Below the pieces are notes generated by a model. The model was not told where the DNA came from. It saw only the letters and a list, made by a program, of their open reading frames with translations, and made no database searches. DNA of 64,000 nucleotides from an uncultured Candidatus Saccharibacteria bacterium (lineage in GTDB: Bacteria; Patescibacteriota; Minisyncoccia; UBA6257; WO2-44-18): the NCBI GenBank assembly GCA_964637575.1, contig CAZWVU010000004.1, positions 14,788 through 78,787 of the forward strand, in the 5' to 3' direction. Made by a program: the position numbers and the translations under genes. Shown one piece after another: positions 46,228-55,996 of this stretch. The stretch's first letter is position 1, and each line of letters starts with the position of its first letter.

Positions 46228-47907
46228 ATGAAATGGAAGGTTCTCTTTGTAAGCATTGCGGCGCTGAATATGGCATTATTTGCGGCCCCGGCCGAAGCGG
46301 CTGGCGCGAAGCGACTTTTGTATCATGGGTTTTTCACCGGCCCGACGCCAACACCTTCCTATATTGCCGCCAACAAGGCCTACATAGACACCCTGCCCTT
46401 TGACGGACTGGCCGTGTATATGCGGAATCCGGATCTTACCTGGAATATTTCCGATCTGACGATGAAAAGCGGCAGTATTACTTACAGTAATATCTACAGC
46501 GTCCTTCAGCCGCTTGCCGGCCTGACCTTCGCGACGGTGAAGAATAATTACGCCCTGGTGTTCGCCCACAAGCCGGGAGATTTCTTTGATGACGCGCCCT
46601 GGACGACGGTTGCCCAGAATTTTGCCAACCTTGCCAAAGCCGTGATGGACGCGGGGTTGAAAGGTATCATATTTGATAATGAGCAGTATGACAGCTGGGG
46701 CAACTATCCCGATTCAGTCAATTACGCGAATCTTTACACGTTGAGCCAGTATCAGGATAAGGCCCGACAGCGTGGCCAGCAGGTAATGGCCGCCATGGTC
46801 ACCCAATTTCCGGATATTTCCGTGATCACCTTACACGGTCCGTATGTTTCTGTGGGCAGCTCGCCCAGTCCCTGGTTCAACGGCGGCCTCGCCGCCTACA
46901 ATGAATTGCTCGGCCCGTTTTTCACCGGCTTCGTACTCGGCCGCGGCTCATCCGCGCTGGTGGAAGATGGTGGGGAATTGTACACGCTCCGGACGGCAAA
47001 TGATTTTTCCTCCGCCTACCAGTGGCAAAAATATAACATCGCCAACGCTACCGATGCCACCTTTATTCCTTCCACGCTTAAGCCCGTCTGGTCTTCCAAT
47101 GTGAGCGTAGGCTATGGCGTCTACGACAAAGATTCTCTGAACAACTATGCCGTGGATTCTCCCGCGCTCATGCAATCCAACATCACGAACGCGCTCACCC
47201 GCGCCGACGACAACGCCTGGCTTTATACGGAAAGCATGAGCTTCCTCGCCCAACCGGGACAGCCCTACTATCCGGGAGACACGTATATCGCCGCGGTCAG
47301 GAACGGCCGGGCCGCCGCTCTGCCGGCTACCGATATCCTGCCACCTTCGGCGCCCGCGAATCTTTCCGCGGCGGCGGTTTCGCCAAGCCAGATTAATCTT
47401 TCATGGACGGCGTCCACCGATAACGTGGGTGTCACGGGCTACCGCGTCTTCCGCGGCGGCGTCCAGATCGCTGTCGTGACAGCGACTTCTTATCAGGACG
47501 CGGGACTTACCTCCGCCACTTCCTATACCTATACCGTGAACGCGTTTGACGCGGCAGGAAACGTGTCACCATCCGCCGGTCCGGTAACGGCAGCAACTCT
47601 CAACGCCGCGTTTGCCCGCGGCCAGCGGGTGCAGACGGCCACCCCCCTTAATGTCCGCTCAAAACCCAACGTAAAGGGAAAAATACTCTGTGTTCAGCCA
47701 GCGGGCGCGCTCGGCACAATTACCGGCGGCCCATCCAATAGCGGCGGCTATACCTGGTGGAGCATCAATTACGACACGGGTTGCGACGGCTGGAGCGCGC
47801 AGAATTATCTGGTTCTCATAGTGTCGCAGACTGCTGACCTGGAAATGCAAATACAGCGCCTTCAGCAGGAGCTAAGCGATTTACTGGAACAGCTCCATAA
47901 AAAATAA
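46228..47907 (+). CDS. Secreted multi-domain protein with FN3 and SH3b-like domains and C-terminal coiled coil
   Basis: Signal peptide. FN3 (PSAPANLSAAAVSPSQINLSWTASTDNVGVTGYRVFRGG). SH3b-like (NVRSKPNVKGKILCVQPAG...WWSINYD). Confidence 0.55.
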   Translation: MKWKVLFVSIAALNMALFAAPAEAAGAKRLLYHGFFTGPTPTPSYIAANKAYIDTLPFDGLAVYMRNPDLTWNISDLTMKSGSITYSNIYSVLQPLAGLTFATVKNNYALVFAHKPGDFFDDAPWTTVAQNFANLAKAVMDAGLKGIIFDNEQYDSWGNYPDSVNYANLYTLSQYQDKARQRGQQVMAAMVTQFPDISVITLHGPYVSVGSSPSPWFNGGLAAYNELLGPFFTGFVLGRGSSALVEDGGELYTLRTANDFSSAYQWQKYNIANATDATFIPSTLKPVWSSNVSVGYGVYDKDSLNNYAVDSPALMQSNITNALTRADDNAWLYTESMSFLAQPGQPYYPGDTYIAAVRNGRAAALPATDILPPSAPANLSAAAVSPSQINLSWTASTDNVGVTGYRVFRGGVQIAVVTATSYQDAGLTSATSYTYTVNAFDAAGNVSPSAGPVTAATLNAAFARGQRVQTATPLNVRSKPNVKGKILCVQPAGALGTITGGPSNSGGYTWWSINYDTGCDGWSAQNYLVLIVSQTADLEMQIQRLQQELSDLLEQLHKK

Positions 47908-47940
47908 CGCCCCGGTTCTTTCGGTCATTTTGCCCCGAAC

Positions 47941-47969
47941 TTGTCAAATGGTCGCCCATGTTCTATTAT
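47941..47969 (+). promoter_or_regulatory. Sigma70-like promoter of the methyltransferase-like gene
   Basis: TTGTCA (47941-47946), 17-bp spacer, TATTAT (47964-47969). RBS AAAGGAG before the ATG at 47999. Confidence 0.55.
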
Positions 47970-47998
47970 GACCGCAGTTATTTTGAGAAAGGAGCTTT

Positions 47999-48604
47999 AT
48001 GCCCTATGACAAAAAGTTTTTCGAAAGTTATCGAAGGTATCTTGCGGAGGAATCTGTCCGGCAGAGTCACGATCTGGTGTTCAGGAATTTCGCCAGATTT
48101 GTAAAAGAGCATCAAAACAATTCCGAGATGCTCTGGGTGGTCGATCTTGGCTGCGGCCTTTGCGAGTATGATGTCTACGACCGTTGTCATTGGGGGTACG
48201 TCGGAATCGATAGGGAGCCAAGGACCCGCGCCACCAACGTGCTGAAGGCAGACTACACCGCATTTGAATTCATGGATCGCCTTCCATTCGAAGCGAATGC
48301 GTTTACCAGCCTGTTCTCGATCGAGTGTTGTTATCCGCCCGCCCGGCGCTACGAGCTTTATCATCAGATCTTCAAAAAGATCCCCTCGATCAGGTTCGGG
48401 CTTTCCGGCGGCTTCTACTACGAATCAAGACGGCATCAGCAAACCGTGAGAGAGGCCGGAGGTAATATCAGTCATCAGACGATTGAAAATCCCACGCAGT
48501 GGGTATCGAGATATTTTTCCGAAGAACGCTTCAAGATCCACACCCCCTCGAAAATGTTTGGCCCGGATGTCGTGGAGATCTGGAAATTCTTCGCGAGAAA
48601 GTAA
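47999..48604 (+). CDS. Putative class I SAM-dependent methyltransferase
   Basis: VVDLGCGLCEY glycine-rich motif I. 201 aa. Confidence 0.5.
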   Translation: MPYDKKFFESYRRYLAEESVRQSHDLVFRNFARFVKEHQNNSEMLWVVDLGCGLCEYDVYDRCHWGYVGIDREPRTRATNVLKADYTAFEFMDRLPFEANAFTSLFSIECCYPPARRYELYHQIFKKIPSIRFGLSGGFYYESRRHQQTVREAGGNISHQTIENPTQWVSRYFSEERFKIHTPSKMFGPDVVEIWKFFARK

Positions 48605-48607
48605 CAA

Positions 48608-48636
48608 CGCCGCCATCAGGCATGATGGCGGTTTTT
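48608..48636 (+). terminator. Rho-independent terminator
   Basis: CGCCGCCATCAGGCATGATGGCGGTTTTT. Confidence 0.75.
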
Positions 48637-48811
48637 ATTTCTGGTGCTTGAAAAACTGGATCTGCCGTTCGCGCTTCAGCGCTTCGGCTTTTGTCTTATA
48701 CGTACCCAGATTTTTTCCGGTCGTTTTCGAAAGCAATCGGTATCCTCCTTTTATTTTCCGGATCGTCATCTCTTATCAGTATAAAATAAATTAATCCCGT
48801 TGATTTCATGA

Positions 48812-49159
48812 TCACAATCGTTTTTTGGATAGTCTGCCAAGCACAAATCTTTGCGAAGGACTTATAGCCTTATCGGTGCGATGCGTGCAGCCATACCAGC
48901 AGCACGGGCGGCGCATTCCCTCCTTGAGCTCCGAAACGACTCTGTCGATATGTTCTTTCCTCTTCCCGGGCGTCTTAACGGAGATAGCCCAACAGATCCA
49001 TTCATTGCGGGCGAGCGGCGTGATATCTTCCCATGCCGCCCGTGCTTTAGGGCTGGACGTAAGAGCTTTTCGCAAATCTGCCGGCAGCTCATGAGTGGTG
49101 CCACCGGAAATCTTTTTTGCCATATGTTCACAGTATACAAATTTGTCGCACTCTAACAA
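48812..49159 (-). CDS. YdeI/OmpD-associated family protein (DUF1801-like)
   Basis: ITPLARNEWICWAISVKTPGKRKEHIDRV matches this small family. Confidence 0.5.
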   Translation of the reverse strand: MLECDKFVYCEHMAKKISGGTTHELPADLRKALTSSPKARAAWEDITPLARNEWICWAISVKTPGKRKEHIDRVVSELKEGMRRPCCWYGCTHRTDKAISPSQRFVLGRLSKKRL

Positions 49160-49195
49160 ATTAAAATACCCGCTTGGGATATTTTATTTCTGATG

Positions 49196-49330
49196 CGGAG
49201 GCGAAGGATTCGGCTACAAGTCCGGCCGCCGCAGCGGCCGGCTCGCAGCCCGCCCCTCGCTCATTCGCCTGCTGGCGAATTTCGCTGCGGGCTTCTCACC
49301 TTCCCCGAAATCCGTAAGCCGAAAAGCAAA
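49196..49330 (-). ncRNA. tRNA-Ser-linked conserved element ending in a copy of the tRNA-Ser T-arm/acceptor 3' segment
   Basis: Minus-strand read GGAAGGTGAGAAGCCCGCAG...GAGGGGCGGGCTGCGA...CTTGTAGCCGAATCCTTCGCCTCCGCA. Homologous blocks with the tRNA-Met-linked element. Confidence 0.55.
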
Positions 49331-49362
49331 AGCCGCCGCAAGGGCGGTTTTGTTTTCTGTTG

Positions 49363-49449
49363 CGGAGGCGGAAGGATTCGAACCTTCGGACCGGTTTCCC
49401 GGTCAACAACTTAGCAGGTTGCTGCTTTAGGCCACTCAGCCACGCCTCC
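49363..49449 (-). tRNA. tRNA-Ser (anticodon GCT), long variable arm, no encoded CCA
   Basis: GGAGGCG acceptor. Anticodon loop CTGCTAA. Variable arm TGACCGGGAAACCGGTC. T arm GAAGG-TTCGAAT-CCTTC. 87 nt. Confidence 0.85.
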
Positions 49450-49555
49450 AGAATTTAAACTTCTCGGCAGAGCCTCGATCAAAAAACTCTTATTTACTTC
49501 TCACACAATATCACTGATTAGTTTTTTTGCATATATACTGTAAAGAGAGGCATAT

Positions 49556-49909
49556 ATGAATAAAACTGCATACATAATTCTAAGAGTCGGGTTGGCGGTG
49601 ACCTTTATTTGGATAGGCATACTGATTCTGATGAACCCGGAAGCGTGGGGAAGTAATATCCAACCGTGGGCCGCCAATCTTTTGCCGGTACCGTTGATCC
49701 AAATAATGACCGTGACGGCGATTCTGGATATCGCGGTGGGCGTTGGTTTTCTTATCAATCCGCTGGTCTGGCTCGCCGCATTGCTGGGCGCACTCCACGT
49801 TGCGAGCGTGCTTCTGGTGAGCGGCGTGACTGACATTACCGTGCGGGACATCGCTATTCTCGCGGCGACTGTCGCCTTGACGATTGAAAGGTGGCCGGGA
49901 AGACGGTAA
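49556..49909 (+). CDS. Hypothetical 4-TM membrane protein
   Basis: 117 aa, hydrophobic throughout. Confidence 0.45.
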   Translation: MNKTAYIILRVGLAVTFIWIGILILMNPEAWGSNIQPWAANLLPVPLIQIMTVTAILDIAVGVGFLINPLVWLAALLGALHVASVLLVSGVTDITVRDIAILAATVALTIERWPGRR

Positions 49910-49925
49910 AAGCATGGCACGGCTA

Positions 49926-50942
49926 TCAGGAATCCTGCTGGTGCTCCTCTTCCTGATAATCTGCGCGTTGCTAGTGTATGCCGGCACGTCCCCGATCCTT
50001 CGTCCGGTTGCCGACGGCGTTTCCGACAGCGCGTCGTGGACAAGCAGCAACGGCAAGAAGTGCAACAAGACCGACTGCTCTGCTGCGGTGAAGGAGGCCC
50101 GCGGAAGTTTCTGTGATGGCAGTGATGGCGATGCTTCTTATATAGAAAGCAGGACGAAGAACGCGCGGCAGACGTTCAAATTGAATCTCTCCACGATTCC
50201 CGCCACTTCGACCATCACCAAAGTGGCCGTGACGGTCTGCGCGAAGAAGCGCGGCGCCAAGGATGCCGTCAACGCATTCCGGACATCGCTGTGCGTCAAT
50301 GGCACATGCGCCAACGGGGGAGCGGACCTTATGGCTACGACTACGTACGCGTCTTTTACGCAGGTGTTTAATGTGAGTGTGGCGAAAACCGCGACCACCA
50401 CTATCGAAATTGGCGCCGCGATCACCGGCACGAAAAACACCTTCATCCGCATCAGCAAGTTTGCCGCGCTCGCTACGTTCGGCGCTACCACCCCCGTCAT
50501 TCCGCCATCGGGAACCACCTCGCCGCCGACCGGAACCACTACGCCCCCCATGGGTACGAGCACTCCGCCGACCGGGACCACGACGCCTCCCGTCGCCACC
50601 ACCATGTCCGCTCCGGTCCGCGTTTCGTTCGGAGGAGCCGTCATCCCGACGCAGGCGTTATTTTCCGGACAGGCGTATCCCGGCGGAATAATTGAGGCGA
50701 CCTGGGCAAGTCCGGTCGCGGAACAGTACGGGATCGTGCCGGAAGAAAGAACGGACATCGCGCCGGACGGTTCATTCCGGCTGCTGCTGAAAAATTTACT
50801 GCAAGCGCCCTATACGTTTATCCTGCGGGCGTTCGATTCTGACGGACGGCCGAGCGGCCCGGTTGTATTTACGGCGGACTTTGAATCGCAGGGCCTTTTC
50901 ATGCGGGATGGATTGGTGTTTCCGCCGCGCGAAGCAGATTGA
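49926..50942 (+). CDS. Secreted/anchored protein with Thr/Pro-rich linker
   Basis: N-terminal hydrophobic segment. Cys-containing domain. PSGTTSPPTGTTTPPMGTSTPPTGTTTPP linker. Confidence 0.5.
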   Translation, partial: SGILLVLLFLIICALLVYAGTSPILRPVADGVSDSASWTSSNGKKCNKTDCSAAVKEARGSFCDGSDGDASYIESRTKNARQTFKLNLSTIPATSTITKVAVTVCAKKRGAKDAVNAFRTSLCVNGTCANGGADLMATTTYASFTQVFNVSVAKTATTTIEIGAAITGTKNTFIRISKFAALATFGATTPVIPPSGTTSPPTGTTTPPMGTSTPPTGTTTPPVATTMSAPVRVSFGGAVIPTQALFSGQAYPGGIIEATWASPVAEQYGIVPEERTDIAPDGSFRLLLKNLLQAPYTFILRAFDSDGRPSGPVVFTADFESQGLFMRDGLVFPPREAD

Positions 50943-50995
50943 CAATCGCTTCTTTCTATTTTATAATCTCGTTAGTTTTTTGAGAAAGGGTGAGC

Positions 50996-51583
50996 ATGAT
51001 CGAGGAGCTTGCGTACGAAGCGCTGCGGACACTGCCGAAGCGGCCGATTGTCCATCCCAACGGATTTATCCAGCTGTATCTGAATGAACGGCGCCGTCTG
51101 CACGTTTGGCCGGCAGCACCGATGAAAACCTCCGAGCCGATGCTCAACATCCATGATCACGTCTACGGTTTTACGAGCCGGATTCTGATCGGCCGCCTCC
51201 GGAATATCACGTACGAAGCGGTGGAGCACAGTGCGGGCAGCAATTATCTCTACAGCGTGCTGTCCTATGCCGCGACGGGTACCGAAACTCCCTTCGAGCG
51301 GTTGGATGGACGGTACAAGATGAAATACCTGGGGTGTCAGACACTGGCGGCCGGCGGTTCTTATCGGATGGAGCCGTTCGTGCTGCACGACACGGTGGCC
51401 TCCGGGCTGACCGCGACGCTGGTCGAAATCAACGATTTCGACACGAGTCTGCGCGCCCGGGTAGTCTGTCCCGTCGGGCAGGAGCCGGACGCCGGATTCC
51501 GCCGGGACGCGGAAGATCCGGAGGCGCTTTGGGGTATTATCCAGGAAGCGGTGGCCAGGATTTGTGGACAGGAGGAAGCGTGA
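50996..51583 (+). CDS. Hypothetical protein
   Basis: ~196-aa ORF. No motif recognised. Confidence 0.35.
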   Translation: MIEELAYEALRTLPKRPIVHPNGFIQLYLNERRRLHVWPAAPMKTSEPMLNIHDHVYGFTSRILIGRLRNITYEAVEHSAGSNYLYSVLSYAATGTETPFERLDGRYKMKYLGCQTLAAGGSYRMEPFVLHDTVASGLTATLVEINDFDTSLRARVVCPVGQEPDAGFRRDAEDPEALWGIIQEAVARICGQEEA

Positions 51584-51591
51584 TTCATAAG

Positions 51592-51957
51592 ATGCTCGCG
51601 GATTCGGAAACCGAATGTCGGAACATCCAGAGAGGCGAGGTGACGGCGCGGATTTTTCTCGCGAACTTCTGTCCGAAGGAATTCCAGGCGGGCGACAAGA
51701 TCATCATCTGCTTTCCGGCGCTTGACGATCCGGTCGGCGTGGTGGAAATCAGCGAGGTTCACACCTGCGATTTCCTCGGACTGGATTTTCCGCGGGACGC
51801 GGCGCCGGCCGGATTTTCCGGATTCGGCGATCTGTCCCAGCATTTCCGGGGGATATATTCCGGGGTGCAGCTGACCGACATGCTCATCGTCGTGAAGTGG
51901 AGGCAGTTCGAACCGGCGCGGCCCTGCACGGAATGCGATGACCGCGATCAGACCTGA
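51592..51957 (+). CDS. Hypothetical small protein
   Basis: GGAGG RBS before the ATG at 51592. GTG at 51580 is an alternative start overlapping the upstream stop. Confidence 0.35.
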   Translation: MLADSETECRNIQRGEVTARIFLANFCPKEFQAGDKIIICFPALDDPVGVVEISEVHTCDFLGLDFPRDAAPAGFSGFGDLSQHFRGIYSGVQLTDMLIVVKWRQFEPARPCTECDDRDQT

Positions 51958-51974
51958 CACTCAATCCTCCTTGA

Positions 51975-52092
51975 GCCCCATGCCAAACTGTTTTGGCGTG
52001 GGGCTTTTTAATTAAGACCGTTATGCTCGCACCCGGATTCCTGTCCGCGGAATCCGGGTGGGCTTTTTAATTAGGACTTTTATGACGGGCTT
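51975..52092 (+). terminator. Two tandem terminator-like hairpin modules
   Basis: GCCCCATGCC..GGCGTGGGGCTTTTTAATTAAGAC, then CACCCGGATTCC..GGAATCCGGGTGGGCTTTTTAATTAGGAC. Confidence 0.55.
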
Positions 52093-52146
52093 TTTCTTTT
52101 TCCGGGACGTGGTATAGTGGGGGCAGAAATTTGAAAGGACGAAACT

Positions 52147-52596
52147 GTGCTTGAATATCACAGAAAGATTCTCAAACGTTGCCGCGACTACGAGATCGTG
52201 GAAATCACCTGGCCGCCGGGCGCCAAAAGCCGTCCGCACGATCATGGCGACTCATTCGGATCGATTATTGTGGTGCAGGGCGTGATTTACCAGGAAGTAT
52301 TTGAAAAAACCAGCAAGCGATTCAATTTTTTTTCAACATACGGCGCGCAGAAGGTCGTTGAGGAAACCCCCGACGTGATCCACGTGATGGGCAATTACTC
52401 CCGGGAGGCGCCGGCAGTTTCCATCCACACCTATGTGCCGCGTCTGAAAATGACGTATTACGACCGGGCGATTTTCCTGCAAGCGTGCCGGCGCTGTTGC
52501 GGAACCGGCCGGGCTTTCCGGGAGCTTGAAGGCATTGAATCAAACTGCATCTATTGTCTGGGCCATGGCGAAGTCAAATACTACGCTCCGATGTAA
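52147..52596 (+). CDS. Cupin-domain protein with C-terminal Cys4 cluster
   Basis: Cupin motif PHDHGDSFGSIIVVQG. CRRCCGTG...CIYCLGHG. Confidence 0.55.
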   Translation: MLEYHRKILKRCRDYEIVEITWPPGAKSRPHDHGDSFGSIIVVQGVIYQEVFEKTSKRFNFFSTYGAQKVVEETPDVIHVMGNYSREAPAVSIHTYVPRLKMTYYDRAIFLQACRRCCGTGRAFRELEGIESNCIYCLGHGEVKYYAPM

Positions 52597-52617
52597 TTCG
52601 GAGCGTTTTATTTTATA

Positions 52618-53562
52618 ATGAATCCAACGTTACTTATGAGACAGAACAGCAAGATCCGGGTCGCGGTGCTGATGGGCGGCCCTTCTTCGGAGCATGACAT
52701 TTCCCTCAAAAGCGGCCGGATGGTCCTGGCACATCTGGACCGGAAGCAATACGCGCCGAAAGCCGTGCGCATTTCCAGAAAAGGGAAGTGGCCGATTATT
52801 CCGAGCGAACTGAAAAAGAAATTTGATGTCGTGTTTGTGGCGATGCACGGGGAATACGGGGAAGACGGCACCGTCCAGCGGATTTTGAGCAAATATAATA
52901 TTCCTTTCACCGGTTCCGGCACGAAGGCGAGCCAGATCGGCATCGATAAAGTGCGGTCTTCCGTGCTGTTTGAGGAAAGGGGACTGGCCGTACCGGATTT
53001 CGCGGTAATGGGCGGCGCCAAAAAATTCATGTTTGATTTCCCCATCGTGGTGAAGCCGGCTGACCGCGGCTCCAGCGTCGGCGTGAGCATTGTCCGCGAT
53101 ATCCGGGAACTGCCCGCGGCGCTCAAGGAAGCCGAGAAATTTTCCACGCGGGTCATGGTACAGAAATTTATCAGAGGCCGGGAACTGACCTGCGGCGTCC
53201 TGGAAATCAACGGCAAACCGCAGGCGCTTCCGCCCACGGAGATCATCACGAAAGGGAGCGCCTTTTTTGATTACCGGGCGAAATACACCGCCGGCGCCAC
53301 CCACGAAATTACTCCCGCGCGGCTTACCGGGGATGAGGTCCGCAACGTCCAGGAGCAGGCGGTGAAAGCGCATAAAATTATCGGCGCCCGGGGCATGTCG
53401 CGCAGCGATTTCATACTGGGCGATGACGGCCGGGTCTATATCCTGGAAATAAACACGATCCCGGGAATGACGAAGACCAGTCTTTTGCCCCAGCAGGCGA
53501 AAGCCGAAGGGATCAGTTTCCCGGAGCTGCTGGATCGTATTATCCAGGCGGCGTTACGGTAG
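52618..53562 (+). CDS. ddl: D-alanine--D-alanine ligase
   Basis: VLMGGPSSEHDISL, FVAMHGEYGEDGT and ATP-grasp C-terminus with EINTIPGMT. Confidence 0.9.
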   Translation: MNPTLLMRQNSKIRVAVLMGGPSSEHDISLKSGRMVLAHLDRKQYAPKAVRISRKGKWPIIPSELKKKFDVVFVAMHGEYGEDGTVQRILSKYNIPFTGSGTKASQIGIDKVRSSVLFEERGLAVPDFAVMGGAKKFMFDFPIVVKPADRGSSVGVSIVRDIRELPAALKEAEKFSTRVMVQKFIRGRELTCGVLEINGKPQALPPTEIITKGSAFFDYRAKYTAGATHEITPARLTGDEVRNVQEQAVKAHKIIGARGMSRSDFILGDDGRVYILEINTIPGMTKTSLLPQQAKAEGISFPELLDRIIQAALR

Positions 53563-53580
53563 TTTTGGTACACTAAAACA

Positions 53581-54057
53581 ATGCCTTTCAATGAAATCAG
53601 CTGGACGGGGCCGGAATTTGAACATTGGCACAAGCCCCGTCTCTGGTATCTCATACTCATCCTGATAAGCCTGCTCTTGATCATCACTGCGTTGTGGCAG
53701 GGAAATTTTCTTTTCTCGGTGTTTGTCGCGATCGCCGCGGCGCTGGTCGGCGTAACCGGAGGAAGGGCTCCGCGGATGGTGGAATACCGGCTGACCGACG
53801 AATCGCTGATCGTGGATCGCATCCGCGCCTATCTGTATGAACAGCTGGCCGGTTTCGCGACGCACCGCGTCGACGCGCTCGATGACGGATTTTCCCAGCT
53901 GGTGTTTCAGCGGAAGCAGCGGCTCGGAAGTTTTATCAAAATTTTATTTCCTACCAGCCGCACCCAGGAAATCCGCCATTTTCTTAACCGGTATCTGCAT
54001 GAAATTGAATATCAGGAATCCCTGACGGACCATCTCTTCCGCTGGATCCGATTTTAA
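53581..54057 (+). CDS. Hypothetical membrane protein
   Basis: 158 aa with two TM helices after a short N-terminus. Confidence 0.4.
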   Translation: MPFNEISWTGPEFEHWHKPRLWYLILILISLLLIITALWQGNFLFSVFVAIAAALVGVTGGRAPRMVEYRLTDESLIVDRIRAYLYEQLAGFATHRVDALDDGFSQLVFQRKQRLGSFIKILFPTSRTQEIRHFLNRYLHEIEYQESLTDHLFRWIRF

Positions 54058-54076
54058 GATAGAGTATTCGGCAATT

Positions 54077-54454
54077 ATGAAATTCACCACAAAAACTATT
54101 ATTATCGGAGTAATCGGACTGGTCGTGCTCGCGGTCGGCCTCACTTTATTCGCGAAAAGCCAGCCGGGAAAATATGACGGCCTTGCAACCTTTTTGTCAG
54201 AGAAGGGCGTCAAGTTTTATGGCGCGTTCTGGTGCCCGCACTGCCAGCGCCAGAAGGAAATGTTTGGCAATTCGGCGAGACTTTTACCCTACGTGGAATG
54301 TTCCACGCCGGACGGGCAGGGTCAGACGCAGATTTGCATTGATAATAAGATTACCGGCTATCCGACCTGGGTGTTTCCCGATGGCTCGCGCATAAGCGGT
54401 GAGACTTCACCGGAAGATCTGGCGGCGAAAATTGGGTACACGTTTCCCAAATAG
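54077..54454 (+). CDS. Membrane-anchored thioredoxin-fold protein (DsbA/VKOR-partner-like)
   Basis: N-terminal TM and WCPHC active site. Confidence 0.7.
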   Translation: MKFTTKTIIIGVIGLVVLAVGLTLFAKSQPGKYDGLATFLSEKGVKFYGAFWCPHCQRQKEMFGNSARLLPYVECSTPDGQGQTQICIDNKITGYPTWVFPDGSRISGETSPEDLAAKIGYTFPK

Positions 54455-54973
54455 ATGACGCCCCTTGTCTCTCTGATCAGTGAATGCCTTTCCGCGTGCA
54501 CGGTTCTCGCGGGGTTCCTGTTCCTCGCGCTGATCTTTATTCCGGCAGTAAGGGCCTGGTTTGGCCGGCGGGCGCTCCTCGTTTCCTTTTTGCTGGCGCT
54601 GGGGGGCGTGGCCGGCAGCCTTTTTTATTCAGAGATCGCGGGGTTCGCTCCCTGTCTCCTGTGCTGGTGGCAGAGAATTTTTCTTTATCCGCAGGCGGTC
54701 ATTTTCCTGATCGGGTTTCTGAAAAAGGATTCCCGGGCGCTGCTCTACGGCGTCTGGCTTTCCGTCCTGGCATTGCCGTTCGCGCTCTACAGCGCGTATC
54801 TGCAATTCGGCGGATTGCCGCTGGGAAATTGTTCCGCTGCGGGCGTGTCCTGCTCCATCCGTTATTTCCTGGAATTCGGTTACGTCACCATCCCGACCAT
54901 GTCGCTGACGCTGTTCGCGCTTCTCATCGCGCTTTTCTTCGCAGGCCGGCGACTTGATGGAGAGATGAAATAA
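54455..54973 (+). CDS. Disulfide bond formation protein B (DsbB/BdbC family)
   Basis: Four TM helices. CLLCWWQR loop-1 pair and CSAAGVSC loop-2 pair. Confidence 0.7.
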   Translation: MTPLVSLISECLSACTVLAGFLFLALIFIPAVRAWFGRRALLVSFLLALGGVAGSLFYSEIAGFAPCLLCWWQRIFLYPQAVIFLIGFLKKDSRALLYGVWLSVLALPFALYSAYLQFGGLPLGNCSAAGVSCSIRYFLEFGYVTIPTMSLTLFALLIALFFAGRRLDGEMK

Positions 54974-54990
54974 TTGTATAAATAGTCCAC

Positions 54991-55062
54991 GCCCTCGTCG
55001 TTCAATGGACAGGACACAAGATTGCGGATCTTGTAATGTTGGTTCGATTCCAACCGAGGGCA
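54991..55062 (+). tRNA. tRNA-Arg with anticodon GCG (by my manual fold)
   Basis: Acceptor GCCCTCG/CGAGGGC. D arm GTTC/GGAC. Anticodon stem CAAGA/TCTTG with loop TTGCGGA. T arm GTTGG-TTCGATT-CCAAC. 72 nt. Confidence 0.6.
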
Positions 55063-55078
55063 CAATAAAAAGGAGCCC

Positions 55079-55942
55079 TTAGCGGGCTCCGGGGACGCCA
55101 ACAAACGGCGTTTTGAGAAGTTGCATTCCATTTTCTCGGATGAAGGAATAGGCGGCAGGAAGCGCGATCATTCCGATAATGCTCAGCAGCGTGATATAGG
55201 CTGCGCGGTCACGTTGGCGGAGCTGGCGGGATAGCTCTTCATTATATTCCCGGTCAAGCGCCAGTATTTGTGACTTGAACATTTCGGATAGTGCGCCGCC
55301 GACGTGCTCTTCATAGGCGCGGCAGATCGCCTGCCTGGAGTCGTCTTCGAGTTCAATGCCGCGCCAGATAAGCAATTTTCTGGCAGCATGGACGGGGATC
55401 TCCAGCGTTTTCTGAAGAATGCGGCATTCCTCGAATTCAGTCGCCGGTTTTTGCTCCATCCGGATCAGCGCTTTTGCAAACCAATTGATTTTATTCCGGA
55501 AGTAGCTGCAAATGTCTTCGCGGGTCTGGTCCGGATTGAGCGCAATACGCCGCAGGGGATTTTCTTTGATGAGGCCCCCCTTTTCAACCGCAGCGGCGAG
55601 GTGGAAGGCGAAGGTCGGACTGATGGTGTGAAGCGGAGTGTTCGCGGTTTCCCAATCGAGCGGAATATACGCGAGTGGCACGTTTCGTATTCGCGCTTCC
55701 ATGCATGAATTCCGGAGCCCGCGCAGAAGTTTCTCCGACGATGCATGCCGGTGAAGCACCAAACAATCGACGTCACTGCGCGGGGTATGGGTCTTTGTGG
55801 TTACGGAACCGCAGATAATGGCGCCGACGATCGCGCGGTCGGCTTCGACATCTTTTTCAATCGCGCAGAGTACTTCGGTAAAGCGTTCCAGCTTCGGGAC
55901 CTGTTCCAGGCGGATTTCATCCCAGGTGAAAATTTTTCCCAA
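55079..55942 (-). CDS. Nucleotidyltransferase-domain protein (Pol-beta superfamily) with C-terminal TM
   Basis: GAIICGSVTTKTHTPRSDVDCLVL matches the GS...DxD NTase motif. The stop is embedded in a terminator hairpin (55072-55090). Confidence 0.55.
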   Translation of the reverse strand: MGKIFTWDEIRLEQVPKLERFTEVLCAIEKDVEADRAIVGAIICGSVTTKTHTPRSDVDCLVLHRHASSEKLLRGLRNSCMEARIRNVPLAYIPLDWETANTPLHTISPTFAFHLAAAVEKGGLIKENPLRRIALNPDQTREDICSYFRNKINWFAKALIRMEQKPATEFEECRILQKTLEIPVHAARKLLIWRGIELEDDSRQAICRAYEEHVGGALSEMFKSQILALDREYNEELSRQLRQRDRAAYITLLSIIGMIALPAAYSFIRENGMQLLKTPFVGVPGAR

Positions 55943-55996
55943 GAAGCACCTCTTGTTTGTAAATTAACTACACCAATAATCCCACGAACCCATCCC

